Below are positions 33,683 through 42,746 of a stretch of 64,000 nucleotides of DNA, piece after piece; position 1 is the stretch's first letter, and every line of letters begins with the position of its first letter. Location of the stretch: contig OY820579.1 of assembly GCA_963681965.1 (NCBI GenBank), positions 192,001 through 256,000 of the forward strand, given 5' to 3'. This stretch comes from a bacterium. GTDB lineage: Bacteria; Electryoneota; JAOADG01. Position numbers and translations under genes: made by a program. Below the pieces are notes generated by a model. It searched no databases. It was not told the DNA's origin and saw only the letters and a list, made by a program, of their open reading frames with translations.

Positions 33683-34546
33683 TTATTTTTTGAGACTATC
33701 CAACTTTACACGACAGATAACCGCGGTAACCGAATCCATTGCCGCAAGTGTTTCCAATTGTTGGACGTTCTGCATCCGAAAAGCGGCATCGGCAAGCAAT
33801 TTACCACTGGCAGTGAGAAATTGCTGTCGATCATCGAGTTTTAATTTGGGTAGTAATACAAATGCCGAATCGATAAACAGCTTCGCCTCCCGGGGATTAT
33901 TCACCGAAAGATATTCACCGGTGTAGGCATAATACCGGAATAGTCGATACGGTTTATTTGCGGGAGATGCGATTTGCGACAACAAATCGCAACGTTCGTT
34001 CCAACCACTGACATAGCGAGTATCGAACTTACCTTGATCCGAAACCGCGCGGGCGCGCGTCAACCAGATTTCACCGCCATAGATATCCCATTTATCGAAT
34101 TCCTCTGCCAAAACCAGCATCGTGTAAAATTCTATTGCTGCCAACATTGGGTGATAAGAACCGCGAGAAATTGATTTCCAATCCGGAATGGGAAACACCC
34201 ATCGTTTATCGGTGTACTGAGTCTCTGCCCCATTTGATACTAATAGAAATGTTTTGTAGGTACGATCGATCGGGCTGTCGTTCACCTGATCGATATAAAT
34301 TCCGATGTTCAACGGAACATTATACTCGAACGGGTTTTCATGCCACCGAGGGGTTGTTAGATACCGAACCAGAGCACGATCGGCTCCCGCCCAATATGGT
34401 TTGAATTCGTCCGGCGTTTTATCGAGATTGATCGTAATCGTAGGGGTGATTGCCTGTGCAAATAAAGAATTATCAATTGGTATGATTACACAAAGAACAA
34501 AAAGAGTGATAATGGCGATATTTATCTTGCTAAATAGTTTCAGCAC
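33683..34546 (-). CDS. DUF4835 / PorD-like protein
   Basis: Recalled family pattern: YTDKRWVF...FYTMLVLAEEFDK...GG...GW. Signal peptide follows GTG 34546; start uncertain (ORF track gives 34630). Confidence 0.55.
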   Translation of the reverse strand: MLKLFSKINIAIITLFVLCVIIPIDNSLFAQAITPTITINLDKTPDEFKPYWAGADRALVRYLTTPRWHENPFEYNVPLNIGIYIDQVNDSPIDRTYKTFLLVSNGAETQYTDKRWVFPIPDWKSISRGSYHPMLAAIEFYTMLVLAEEFDKWDIYGGEIWLTRARAVSDQGKFDTRYVSGWNERCDLLSQIASPANKPYRLFRYYAYTGEYLSVNNPREAKLFIDSAFVLLPKLKLDDRQQFLTASGKLLADAAFRMQNVQQLETLAAMDSVTAVICRVKLDSLKK

Positions 34547-34580
34547 ATTATAAATTGATCTGTTCAGCACGAGACGATCC

Positions 34581-35384
34581 GTGAAAGCGTGTTTTCTATT
34601 CATAATCAATCTCCTGATTTTGACTGGCACTGCTCAGGCAGCATGGGAGTGGCGCGATCGAAATGCTCAGGAATGGGCAATGTCACTTCCATTTTTGAAT
34701 GAATCCCTTCAAGATAGTGGAAGTTGGCAGGTTATCGCTACTGTTTCACACCCATTTCAAATTTCCGATATCTCGGCAGGTCATTTACAGGGAATTTACC
34801 GCACTTCTTCATTCGCCGTCAAATCCTCGCTATCCCAAGTTGGCACCGATGGTTACCGCGAAACGTCACTAATGGTCGCCAGCGGTCTCCGTCGTAACCA
34901 CTTAACTGGATTAGTGGGCATTCGGCTCGGTCGAGTCGATGTACCTCCGCTCCCGATTCGCTACCGGGAAGCGGTGCACTTCGAAAGTCAGTGGGTTGAT
35001 CGGTGGTGGTCTTTGGGCGGTCGATACCAATTTCCGCTGCAGAATTTTGGCGATCCAGTGGCGCTACCTCGATCAATAGCGGTGGTAGGAATGGTTGAAC
35101 CGACAAAAGACCTTCGAGTTGGAATTGGGTGGGAGCACATAAGATCCATTTCGACTATAGGTATTGGAGGCGAATGGAAACCCGTTCGCGAATTGGCGTT
35201 GCGTATCGGGATCGATCCGGACAACGGCTGGAGTGCCGGTATCACCGTACGTTACAAATATTTCTCATTTTCATTTGCATCGTTTTTAATCGAACCAGCG
35301 GGGTGGTCTTCGCTCTGGACAGTGGAAGCGGGACCGCAACCACCGGAACCGACGGGATATCGGTATCCAGTAACGATGCCGTAA
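34581..35384 (+). CDS. Putative outer-membrane beta-barrel protein
   Basis: Signal peptide ending AQA; amphipathic strands such as IGIGGEWKPVRELALRIGI and WSAGITVRY. Confidence 0.55.
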   Translation: MKACFLFIINLLILTGTAQAAWEWRDRNAQEWAMSLPFLNESLQDSGSWQVIATVSHPFQISDISAGHLQGIYRTSSFAVKSSLSQVGTDGYRETSLMVASGLRRNHLTGLVGIRLGRVDVPPLPIRYREAVHFESQWVDRWWSLGGRYQFPLQNFGDPVALPRSIAVVGMVEPTKDLRVGIGWEHIRSISTIGIGGEWKPVRELALRIGIDPDNGWSAGITVRYKYFSFSFASFLIEPAGWSSLWTVEAGPQPPEPTGYRYPVTMP

Positions 35385-36736
35385 TGGAAGAGTTATACAA
35401 TCTCGAAGATCCCGATCAATTCGACGATCGGTGGCGAATACTGTGGTCGCCGTTGCGCATTCGCAATGGCATCGAATTTTCGTGTCGCGATCAGAAAAAT
35501 TCTATCAATGAAACCATCAAATCTACTTGGCGCAGTCGATTTTCCCTTGACAAGTGGCAGGTCGGAATCGGCATCCGAACGGGATATTCAACTGATCGAG
35601 ATAGTCTTCGCTGGGCGGGTTTTATCAAACGCTTCGATAATGCCAATGAAATTCTGATCGGCGATTTCAAGGCATCATCCCCCGATGGACTGCTACTTGC
35701 CAATCATTCCTACTGGTCTTGGCAATCGGAATCGGAACAGACCATCGTGGGGAGTATCGATCCTAGTACCGATCTACGCGGGATTGGCATCAAACGTGAG
35801 TTTGGAGAGGTTCAATTTGCCATTGGAGGAGGTGATGAGCGGGAAAAATCTGGAAAAAGGGTGAGTTGGTCAACATTAAATTGGAGCAACGAAGCAACGT
35901 CCATCTCGGTTTCCTCATTATTCCTCTCAAATCTTGGATCATTCAATTCTTCACGGTATCAGGGCAGTTCGATGCAGTTGAATACGACACGCGATTATTT
36001 CTCTGTGATCGGGGCAATCACCGCTAACAAAGATGGCAAGGCGTTGCACTCTGTCTTCTTATCGAATCGGTGGGGTAAATCGCGGATCGAATGGTATGGG
36101 AGGCAGGGGCTTATTCCGGACGACCGGAGTAACATGCGTCTCCGGAATTTGCGACAAGGCATCTTTATCGAACAGACCATCGAACGTTCAACGACATATT
36201 GGTTCGCTGCCAAGAGTACATTGTCGGTAACCGGTAATCGCTCTTCAAACGTATCTATGGCGACATCGACACCGGATCGGTCGGATTGTATCGATACCCG
36301 AATCGTTGCTGCGAAAGCGAAAACCGATCAAAAGTTTCAGGCAGGAATTTCCATCAGGAAAGTATCTTACGGAGATAGTTGGGGTCTATCCGGTGACTTT
36401 CGCTATCTCGATGGATCGGTACTTGATCGCAATTTGATTGTCAGTGCCTATGCGCTCAAACAGTATTGGAACGCGCTCTCCATCACAGGATGGATTACCG
36501 GTATTTCAGGCGATCACGGCTATCTGCCAATTTCTGTTGCACCGCTTACTCCTCAATTGACTTTATCCGGATCACCGTCATTAAATCAAGCGGGAGGATA
36601 TCTGGGCGGGAGTGTAAAATGGCAACACGGTGATTTTTTCCTCACACTTGCCGGTTGGGGATTGGTGTTTACAGCAAGTCCTTCGAACTCTGCTGTTCAA
36701 GCCATTCAGCTAACGGGTGGATATCTTCTGCAGTGA
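35174..36736 (+). CDS. Putative outer-membrane beta-barrel protein (resembles the barrel part of FCB helix-hairpin-helix OM proteins)
   Basis: ILIGDFK...GLLL and DLRGIG motifs, beta-rich. Start ambiguous: ATG 35174 with a signal-like segment, or TAATG-coupled ATG 35384. Confidence 0.5.
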   Translation: METRSRIGVAYRDRSGQRLECRYHRTLQIFLIFICIVFNRTSGVVFALDSGSGTATTGTDGISVSSNDAVMEELYNLEDPDQFDDRWRILWSPLRIRNGIEFSCRDQKNSINETIKSTWRSRFSLDKWQVGIGIRTGYSTDRDSLRWAGFIKRFDNANEILIGDFKASSPDGLLLANHSYWSWQSESEQTIVGSIDPSTDLRGIGIKREFGEVQFAIGGGDEREKSGKRVSWSTLNWSNEATSISVSSLFLSNLGSFNSSRYQGSSMQLNTTRDYFSVIGAITANKDGKALHSVFLSNRWGKSRIEWYGRQGLIPDDRSNMRLRNLRQGIFIEQTIERSTTYWFAAKSTLSVTGNRSSNVSMATSTPDRSDCIDTRIVAAKAKTDQKFQAGISIRKVSYGDSWGLSGDFRYLDGSVLDRNLIVSAYALKQYWNALSITGWITGISGDHGYLPISVAPLTPQLTLSGSPSLNQAGGYLGGSVKWQHGDFFLTLAGWGLVFTASPSNSAVQAIQLTGGYLLQ

Positions 36737-36751
36737 TTCATACCAATGTCG

Positions 36752-38332
36752 CTAGGGTACTTCGATTTCGATTTTTGCTGTCCACAGCGCTTTGCGGTCG
36801 CGATTTGCCAAGAATTGCTCTACGATAAATTTACTGTCCATCGCGATCATTTGATTAAAAACCGGTGTGTCGTTCACGACAACAGTAACCGGTTGATCGA
36901 ACCGAATCATTTTAGGACTTAACAAGATTGAAAACTGCTTGATGCGTGAGGTCTTGATCGTAAACCGATTGCGATCGTATTCTGCTACAATCGCTCCGGA
37001 GCGGGACTTATGGCTGAAAGCCGGCGTAGATTCCGGAGCTGGAAACTTTGCCGACAGAGTTTGTGAAGCACCACCCCGTACAATCGATGCCGTAATCGGA
37101 TCTCCGGATTTTTTCGAACCGCAGATTTGGACAAAATCGTTCGGTGAATGAAGTGTCTGACCATCGACTGCGACAATGATATCTTCCGGTTCGAAACCAA
37201 GCCGAGCTGCAATGGTTTCTTTTTTAGGATCGACCACAGCGACTTTCAAACCGGTTCCCGATTCATCCTGACCCGGAGTAAACCCGTAGGCGATCTGTCC
37301 CGTCGGAATTCCGCAATTGTAATCCTGATACCAGAGTGCCGCCTTTTGTTGCGTTGACAATTTTATAATCGCAATCCAATCACATGATCCGATTCGAGGA
37401 TCCGATGTTTCCCAGTAAATTTTCTTTGGGAACGGGTCGCGACGATTATTTTCAATTCGTTTAATAAATCCGGGATACACTAGCTTCAAGTATCCATAAT
37501 TGTGATCGGCGGTGTCGAAGGAAACATGCGTCAGATTGGCGCCCGCACGTTTTGCCAGTTGAATCATCGGTAACATTTTTGCTGTTGGATACAACCGATC
37601 CTTTCCGCCATTGGTTGCAAAAACTTGCCGATTTCTCAGGTTCGGGACATACAATTGCCAATCGCCAAACAGTGACGCAGCCGCCATGTGACCCGACCAT
37701 GGAAAGAATTGCGCAAAATCATTTGGCATCGCCAAAGCATAGAAGTAAGCACCGGAAGCACCATCGGAGAAGCCGGTCACCGCGATTCGATCGTCGTCGA
37801 TATTGTAGCGTCGTTTGGCTTCGCGAATGAATGTCCGCACATTTTCCATCCCGTTCGGACTCCACCATGCACAATCAAAGCGCGCTTCAGGAAAGAGGTA
37901 GAACCAACCATTCTGCTCACAGAGCTTCATCATGGGTTCTTTGGACAAAATTTCGTCGGTATACGGGTCGAAAGCGCGCTTGCTGTTACCACCATGAAGA
38001 TAGACGATCATTGGCAAGGGAGAACCGTCGTAACATTTCGGAACATAGAGAAACGCGGGAGCGCGGACATTTTCACCAAATGTTCGCGAGAAATGGGCAA
38101 ATTTTCCAATCGTATCCGTTTTAGGATATTCCGAAAATGTCGAAATCCAGTAAAACAGCGATTCCGCAGGTTGGGTAACTAGTTGTTCGACAGCGCTTTT
38201 AGCACTGTTTCGTGAACCGGTGCACAGCGCTTTGATATCGTCTTTCGGCACTGCGAAACCAACCACTGGGAGTACTGTCATAACCCAGCCAACCAGTAAC
38301 ACTATTCGGATTCGGTTGTTTTTCCACTCCAT
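36752..38332 (-). CDS. Secreted alpha/beta hydrolase with PDZ domain
   Basis: YLHGG, nucleophile GFSDGA, D(RLYP) and H(NY); PDZ-like ARLGFEPEDIIVAVDG. Confidence 0.8.
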   Translation of the reverse strand: MEWKNNRIRIVLLVGWVMTVLPVVGFAVPKDDIKALCTGSRNSAKSAVEQLVTQPAESLFYWISTFSEYPKTDTIGKFAHFSRTFGENVRAPAFLYVPKCYDGSPLPMIVYLHGGNSKRAFDPYTDEILSKEPMMKLCEQNGWFYLFPEARFDCAWWSPNGMENVRTFIREAKRRYNIDDDRIAVTGFSDGASGAYFYALAMPNDFAQFFPWSGHMAAASLFGDWQLYVPNLRNRQVFATNGGKDRLYPTAKMLPMIQLAKRAGANLTHVSFDTADHNYGYLKLVYPGFIKRIENNRRDPFPKKIYWETSDPRIGSCDWIAIIKLSTQQKAALWYQDYNCGIPTGQIAYGFTPGQDESGTGLKVAVVDPKKETIAARLGFEPEDIIVAVDGQTLHSPNDFVQICGSKKSGDPITASIVRGGASQTLSAKFPAPESTPAFSHKSRSGAIVAEYDRNRFTIKTSRIKQFSILLSPKMIRFDQPVTVVVNDTPVFNQMIAMDSKFIVEQFLANRDRKALWTAKIEIEVP

Positions 38333-38483
38333 GAAACCTGATCTCCACTCGACCAAACAACAATGTAGTACTTAATAACCTATTCAAGAACATGCATCAC
38401 TCCCCACATCTTAACCAGATTGAATTAATCTTAACCTTCTACCAACCTTGAATTGAATGAGCGCAGATTTCGATGTATTTTGA

Positions 38484-39809
38484 ATGATTATGCATACAAT
38501 AATCGATCTAATTGAGAAGAAACAGCAGGGTAAAGAACTCACACGCAATGAATTGCGCGATTTTGTACTCGGATATCACCGCGGTGAAGTACCCGATTAT
38601 CAAATGGCTGCGTTTTTAATGGCGGTTTATTTCCGTGGAATGACCCCGGAAGAAACGTCTGCGCTGCTCGACACGATGGTTGAAAGCGGTGTAAAGCTAA
38701 AATGGGAAGGACTTAATGGACCGGTAGTCGACAAGCACTCTACCGGCGGCGTAGGCGACAAGATCTCGCTGATGCTGGCACCATTGCTCGTCGCCGATGG
38801 TTGTTACGTTCCGATGATTTCCGGTCGCGGATTGGGTCACACCGGTGGTACACTGGATAAGTTGGATGCCATTCCCGGATTTCGAACTCGTGTTTCCCTC
38901 GAAGAAATTAAGTCGCTGCTCCCGAGAATCGGATGCGTTTTAGCGGGTCAAACCGCCGAATTGGCACCAGCCGACCGGAAAATGTACTCTTTGCGCGATG
39001 TGACCTCGACGGTTCGCGCAGTACCTCTGATCACGGCATCGATCCTTTCCAAAAAGTGCTCGGAAGGGTTGAATGGTCTGGTGATCGATTTGAAAGTCGG
39101 TCACGGTGCTTTCAGCGATACGAAAGAGTTTGCCGAGAAACTAGCACAAGCGCTTTACGAAAACGCTACGCGAGCCGATATTTCGACCCGAATACTGCTA
39201 ACAGCCATGGATACTCCAATCGGTCGCACGATCGGTAATTGGCTGGAAACCCGCGAAGCAATTGAATGGTTGCATGGTCGAAGCGATTTGATTGAAGTCA
39301 ATGAACTAACGCTATCGCTTGGCGCAGAAGTTCTGGATGCTGTTGGAAAAGGTCCATTCGACGCTGCGTATCAGCGGTTGGAAGGGTATTGGAAGTCTGG
39401 CTGCGGAGTGGAAATCTTTGCGAAAATTGTCGCTGCACAAGGTGGCGATGCCGATGTTATATTCCATCCCGAAAAAATGCCCAATGCACCGATCATTAAA
39501 ACCGTAACGGCTTCACGTGACGGTTATCTTAATGGCGCCGATGCGTTGTGGTTCGGCAAGGCTGGGGTAATTCTCGGTGCTGGACGAAGAGTCGTCTCCG
39601 ACTCGGTCGATCCGCTCGCCGGTTTTGTTTTTCTCAAAGCCTGGGGTGATTTTGTAAAAGCCGGTGAACCCATTGTTGAAGTGCACGGATCGAACGAGAC
39701 TGCGGTGGCAGATGTTATTCGCGATTTACCGCAATCACTGACAATTGAATCGGAACGCAAAGTTTTATCAAGTTGGGTTTTGGCGCGGCACGAGGGGAAA
39801 TCTTTCTAA
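38484..39809 (+). CDS. pdp: Thymidine / pyrimidine-nucleoside phosphorylase
   Basis: DKHSTGGVGDK, SGRGLGHTGGTLDKL and SILSKK. Confidence 0.93.
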   Translation: MIMHTIIDLIEKKQQGKELTRNELRDFVLGYHRGEVPDYQMAAFLMAVYFRGMTPEETSALLDTMVESGVKLKWEGLNGPVVDKHSTGGVGDKISLMLAPLLVADGCYVPMISGRGLGHTGGTLDKLDAIPGFRTRVSLEEIKSLLPRIGCVLAGQTAELAPADRKMYSLRDVTSTVRAVPLITASILSKKCSEGLNGLVIDLKVGHGAFSDTKEFAEKLAQALYENATRADISTRILLTAMDTPIGRTIGNWLETREAIEWLHGRSDLIEVNELTLSLGAEVLDAVGKGPFDAAYQRLEGYWKSGCGVEIFAKIVAAQGGDADVIFHPEKMPNAPIIKTVTASRDGYLNGADALWFGKAGVILGAGRRVVSDSVDPLAGFVFLKAWGDFVKAGEPIVEVHGSNETAVADVIRDLPQSLTIESERKVLSSWVLARHEGKSF

Positions 39810-39900
39810 TCTTTCTGAAAGCTTTTCGATCCTTTATGCCTTATGCTTATATTGAGTCAATGGTTTTTAATCAATTCACAATCCATAGCAAGGATCACTT

Positions 39901-40287
39901 ATGACGATGAAAAATCGGATTCTCGTGGTCGACGACGATGTTGCGATTGCAGAATTTCTACATTCGTTCCTTGCCCAAAAAGGGTACGATGTACAATCGG
40001 TACATTCGGGTAAAGACGCTATCCGCACTGTCACAGAATGGCACCCACAGTTGGTATTATTGGATATCATGATGCCGGATTACGATGGGTACACCACTCT
40101 GGAAAAGCTGTTGCAACAAAACGAAGATCTCTGCGTTATTATGATTACCGCATTGGATAGTCTCGATTCCGGGCGGAAAGCGTTAAAGATGGGTGCCGCC
40201 GACTATATCACCAAACCACTGGATTTGGAATACCTCGAACATTCCGTTGTAGGCAAATTGCGATCTTTACTTCATGAACCGTTGTAG
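39901..40287 (+). CDS. Single-domain response regulator
   Basis: ILVVDDD, LLDIMMP, MITA and DYITKP. Confidence 0.92.
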   Translation: MTMKNRILVVDDDVAIAEFLHSFLAQKGYDVQSVHSGKDAIRTVTEWHPQLVLLDIMMPDYDGYTTLEKLLQQNEDLCVIMITALDSLDSGRKALKMGAADYITKPLDLEYLEHSVVGKLRSLLHEPL

Positions 40288-40290
40288 TCG

Positions 40291-41334
40291 ATGATTCCCT
40301 GGCTTGCCGAACGCATTTGTTTTTTTTATCGACCTGAGTTTACCCCTCATCAGTACCCGGAGCGAATACTCATCTTAGCTCCGGGCAATTTGCGCACTGC
40401 TATCGCAGTACTCTCACCGTTGTCCTATGTGATGGATGAATACCCCTCCTGCGAATTTCTCTTGGTTGTTTCGCCCGATGCTATTTCGCTGCTACAAACA
40501 ATTGATCCGCGAGTGACAATCACTCCATGGGTAGGTAATTGTTCATCAAAGCATTATCGAGCCGATTCTGAAGCATTTCGATTTTGGTCTTCTTTCGATC
40601 CGGATTGGGTGATTGCGACAACCCCGAACTGTGCAAGACTTGCAAACCGATTTGAGGCTCCCATCAAGATGGGATATTGCTTTGGACCGATCGACGAAAA
40701 CCGACGTAGCGGTTGGTTGACCTATTCGAGTCGACGATCCGAAGGGTGGCGAAGTTGGTTTTCCAAGATACCGGGTAACATAACGGCAGAATATCCCGCG
40801 ATGTTGGCACCACCTTTTGAAGAAATCGATCGCGCTGAATTGGAATGGGAATCTCCGCACGGTAACCGGATCATGTTATTGACCGATACTGGCAAAAAGA
40901 ATATTCATTTCTGGCAGGGCTTGAATGACCGTCTACTATTTGATGGATTCAATCCAATTCTTCATACGGATATTTCTAACGACCGATCTGACAATGAAGT
41001 CGACGAGAAATCACTTTTGGTGACTCGTAAACCACTCAATCTTATCGAATCATTTGCGTTATGTTGTACTGCAGATGTATGTATCACAGGCACAGAAACG
41101 ACCGGGGTATTAGCTGCAATCAGTGGAACACCAACAGGGCGATTCGATAATCTCGGCGGGCTATGGGAAGGGGATCGATCTTACCCATTGGTTTATCGAG
41201 CCGAGTTGGAAGCGGACATTGCAACCGCTGTTACTTATATCCAAGGAATAATCCCGCAACCCTCCCCTCTCGACGAGGATCCCTCTCAACTTAATATCTC
41301 TTCGCGCTTTGCGCTAAATGACGATTTCGAGTAG
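40291..41334 (+). CDS. Divergent GT9 (heptosyltransferase)-like protein
   Basis: Overall layout ERILIL...P...YP and ADVCIT...LAAISGTP, but canonical motifs are eroded. Confidence 0.45.
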   Translation: MIPWLAERICFFYRPEFTPHQYPERILILAPGNLRTAIAVLSPLSYVMDEYPSCEFLLVVSPDAISLLQTIDPRVTITPWVGNCSSKHYRADSEAFRFWSSFDPDWVIATTPNCARLANRFEAPIKMGYCFGPIDENRRSGWLTYSSRRSEGWRSWFSKIPGNITAEYPAMLAPPFEEIDRAELEWESPHGNRIMLLTDTGKKNIHFWQGLNDRLLFDGFNPILHTDISNDRSDNEVDEKSLLVTRKPLNLIESFALCCTADVCITGTETTGVLAAISGTPTGRFDNLGGLWEGDRSYPLVYRAELEADIATAVTYIQGIIPQPSPLDEDPSQLNISSRFALNDDFE

Positions 41335-41527
41335 TTTCCGCTACAATTCCTAAACCAATCCCGATTGAAATGCTCCAATAAGTTGAATCACTTTCAAGTC
41401 TCCGGAAAGTGTACATCAATTCTACGTATCATGTTTTGTGAATTCAGTGATATTCGTTTTATCAGTACCAATTTCGCGAATTACCCGGGCAATCATCGCG
41501 ATATCGACCAAATATGAGGATACTAAG

Positions 41528-42217
41528 ATGAGTCGGTTTCGATATCTGTCGTTCGTTTCTATTACCTTACTACTCTTCGGAATAATCGGGTGCAAGAAAG
41601 ATAGCAGTAGTCCAACACAAGTAGATTCCGGAATTTCCATATCGGGCTTTTACGCAGCTCGATTCGATAGTACTACAATCATTCTATACTGGAATCAAAT
41701 TCCGAACGCCGATTCGATTTTTATTTTGCGCGGCTGGGGTAGTCGCACTCCCACCGATACGATTGCCAAAATAATGAATGTTTGGAACAATTACACCGAT
41801 TCCGATCGTCGTCCCGATTCATCGTATAGTTATCGGATTATTGCGCAAAATAGTCAGGACACGGCAATCTCTTCCGTGGCTAAAGTGATATCCTATTATG
41901 CGGGGATTCATTACTCGAATTCGATTTATCCGATTCTCACGACCTATTGCGGGAATTGCCATAGTACGAATAGTCAGGCAGGTGGGTGGTCGATACAAGA
42001 CTTATCTGCAGCAGTTAATTCTCGACGACTCTCGATTTATTATGGAACAATGACGGGTTCGGTAATCGTTCTTCCCGGAAATCCCGATCAGTCAGCGTTG
42101 TATACGCGCATCTCTTCAACGTATGTACTATACCGCATGCCATTCAATCTCGACTCTTTGGCTCCCGGTAAAGTGGATACAGTCAGGCGCTGGATTCTCG
42201 AAGGTGCAACCAAATAA
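41528..42217 (+). CDS. Lipoprotein with Fn3 domain and monoheme cytochrome c (planctomycete-type) domain
   Basis: Lipobox IIG-C; Fn3-like YSYRIIAQN; IYPILTTYCGNCH...PGNPDQSAL...RMP...WILEGA. Confidence 0.8.
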   Translation: MSRFRYLSFVSITLLLFGIIGCKKDSSSPTQVDSGISISGFYAARFDSTTIILYWNQIPNADSIFILRGWGSRTPTDTIAKIMNVWNNYTDSDRRPDSSYSYRIIAQNSQDTAISSVAKVISYYAGIHYSNSIYPILTTYCGNCHSTNSQAGGWSIQDLSAAVNSRRLSIYYGTMTGSVIVLPGNPDQSALYTRISSTYVLYRMPFNLDSLAPGKVDTVRRWILEGATK

Positions 42218-42243
42218 CTAACAAATTTATACTGTCTTAAACC

Positions 42244-42269
42244 GAAAAGGCGGGATTGCTCCCGCCTTA
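42244..42269 (-). terminator. Intrinsic terminator of the isc operon
   Basis: AAGGCGGGA-ttgc-TCCCGCCTT, with the A run on the left side. Confidence 0.7.
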
Positions 42270-42290
42270 TCACGTAATTGTCGAGACGAT

Positions 42291-42662
42291 TCAGCTACAG
42301 GATTTAAAGCTAGAACCACAGCCGCAAGTTTTGACGGCATTCGGGTTGTGAATTTTAAACCCGCCACCGATTAGATTATCTTCAAAATCGACTTCGGCGC
42401 CGGCAAGATAGCGAATACTTTCGTTATCGACGATGAATTTAATTCCATCTCGTTCGAATGCGACATCGCCTTCCTCAAGCGGTTGATCGTCAAACATCAA
42501 GCCGTAGCTCATGCCCTTACAGCCGCCGGCTTGCACAAACAACCGAAGTGGTAACTGATCGGAATTGTTCGCTGCTTGCAATTTCTTGATTTGAGTTAAA
42601 GCTTTATCGGTAATTGTTACCATTGCTTCGGTTGTCGATTCATTCAACATAGTTGCTTCCAT
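42291..42662 (-). CDS. iscA: A-type Fe-S carrier (IscA/ErpA/HesB)
   Basis: GGCKGMSY and NPNAVKTCGCGSSF. Confidence 0.9.
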   Translation of the reverse strand: MEATMLNESTTEAMVTITDKALTQIKKLQAANNSDQLPLRLFVQAGGCKGMSYGLMFDDQPLEEGDVAFERDGIKFIVDNESIRYLAGAEVDFEDNLIGGGFKIHNPNAVKTCGCGSSFKSCS

Positions 42663-42746
42663 TTTGGATCCCCCCAATAATACTTAATCTTTCATACTAA
42701 TAAAAACTTGTTCACCTCGTCGGAATTTCCCCGTTTCGACTTGGTT

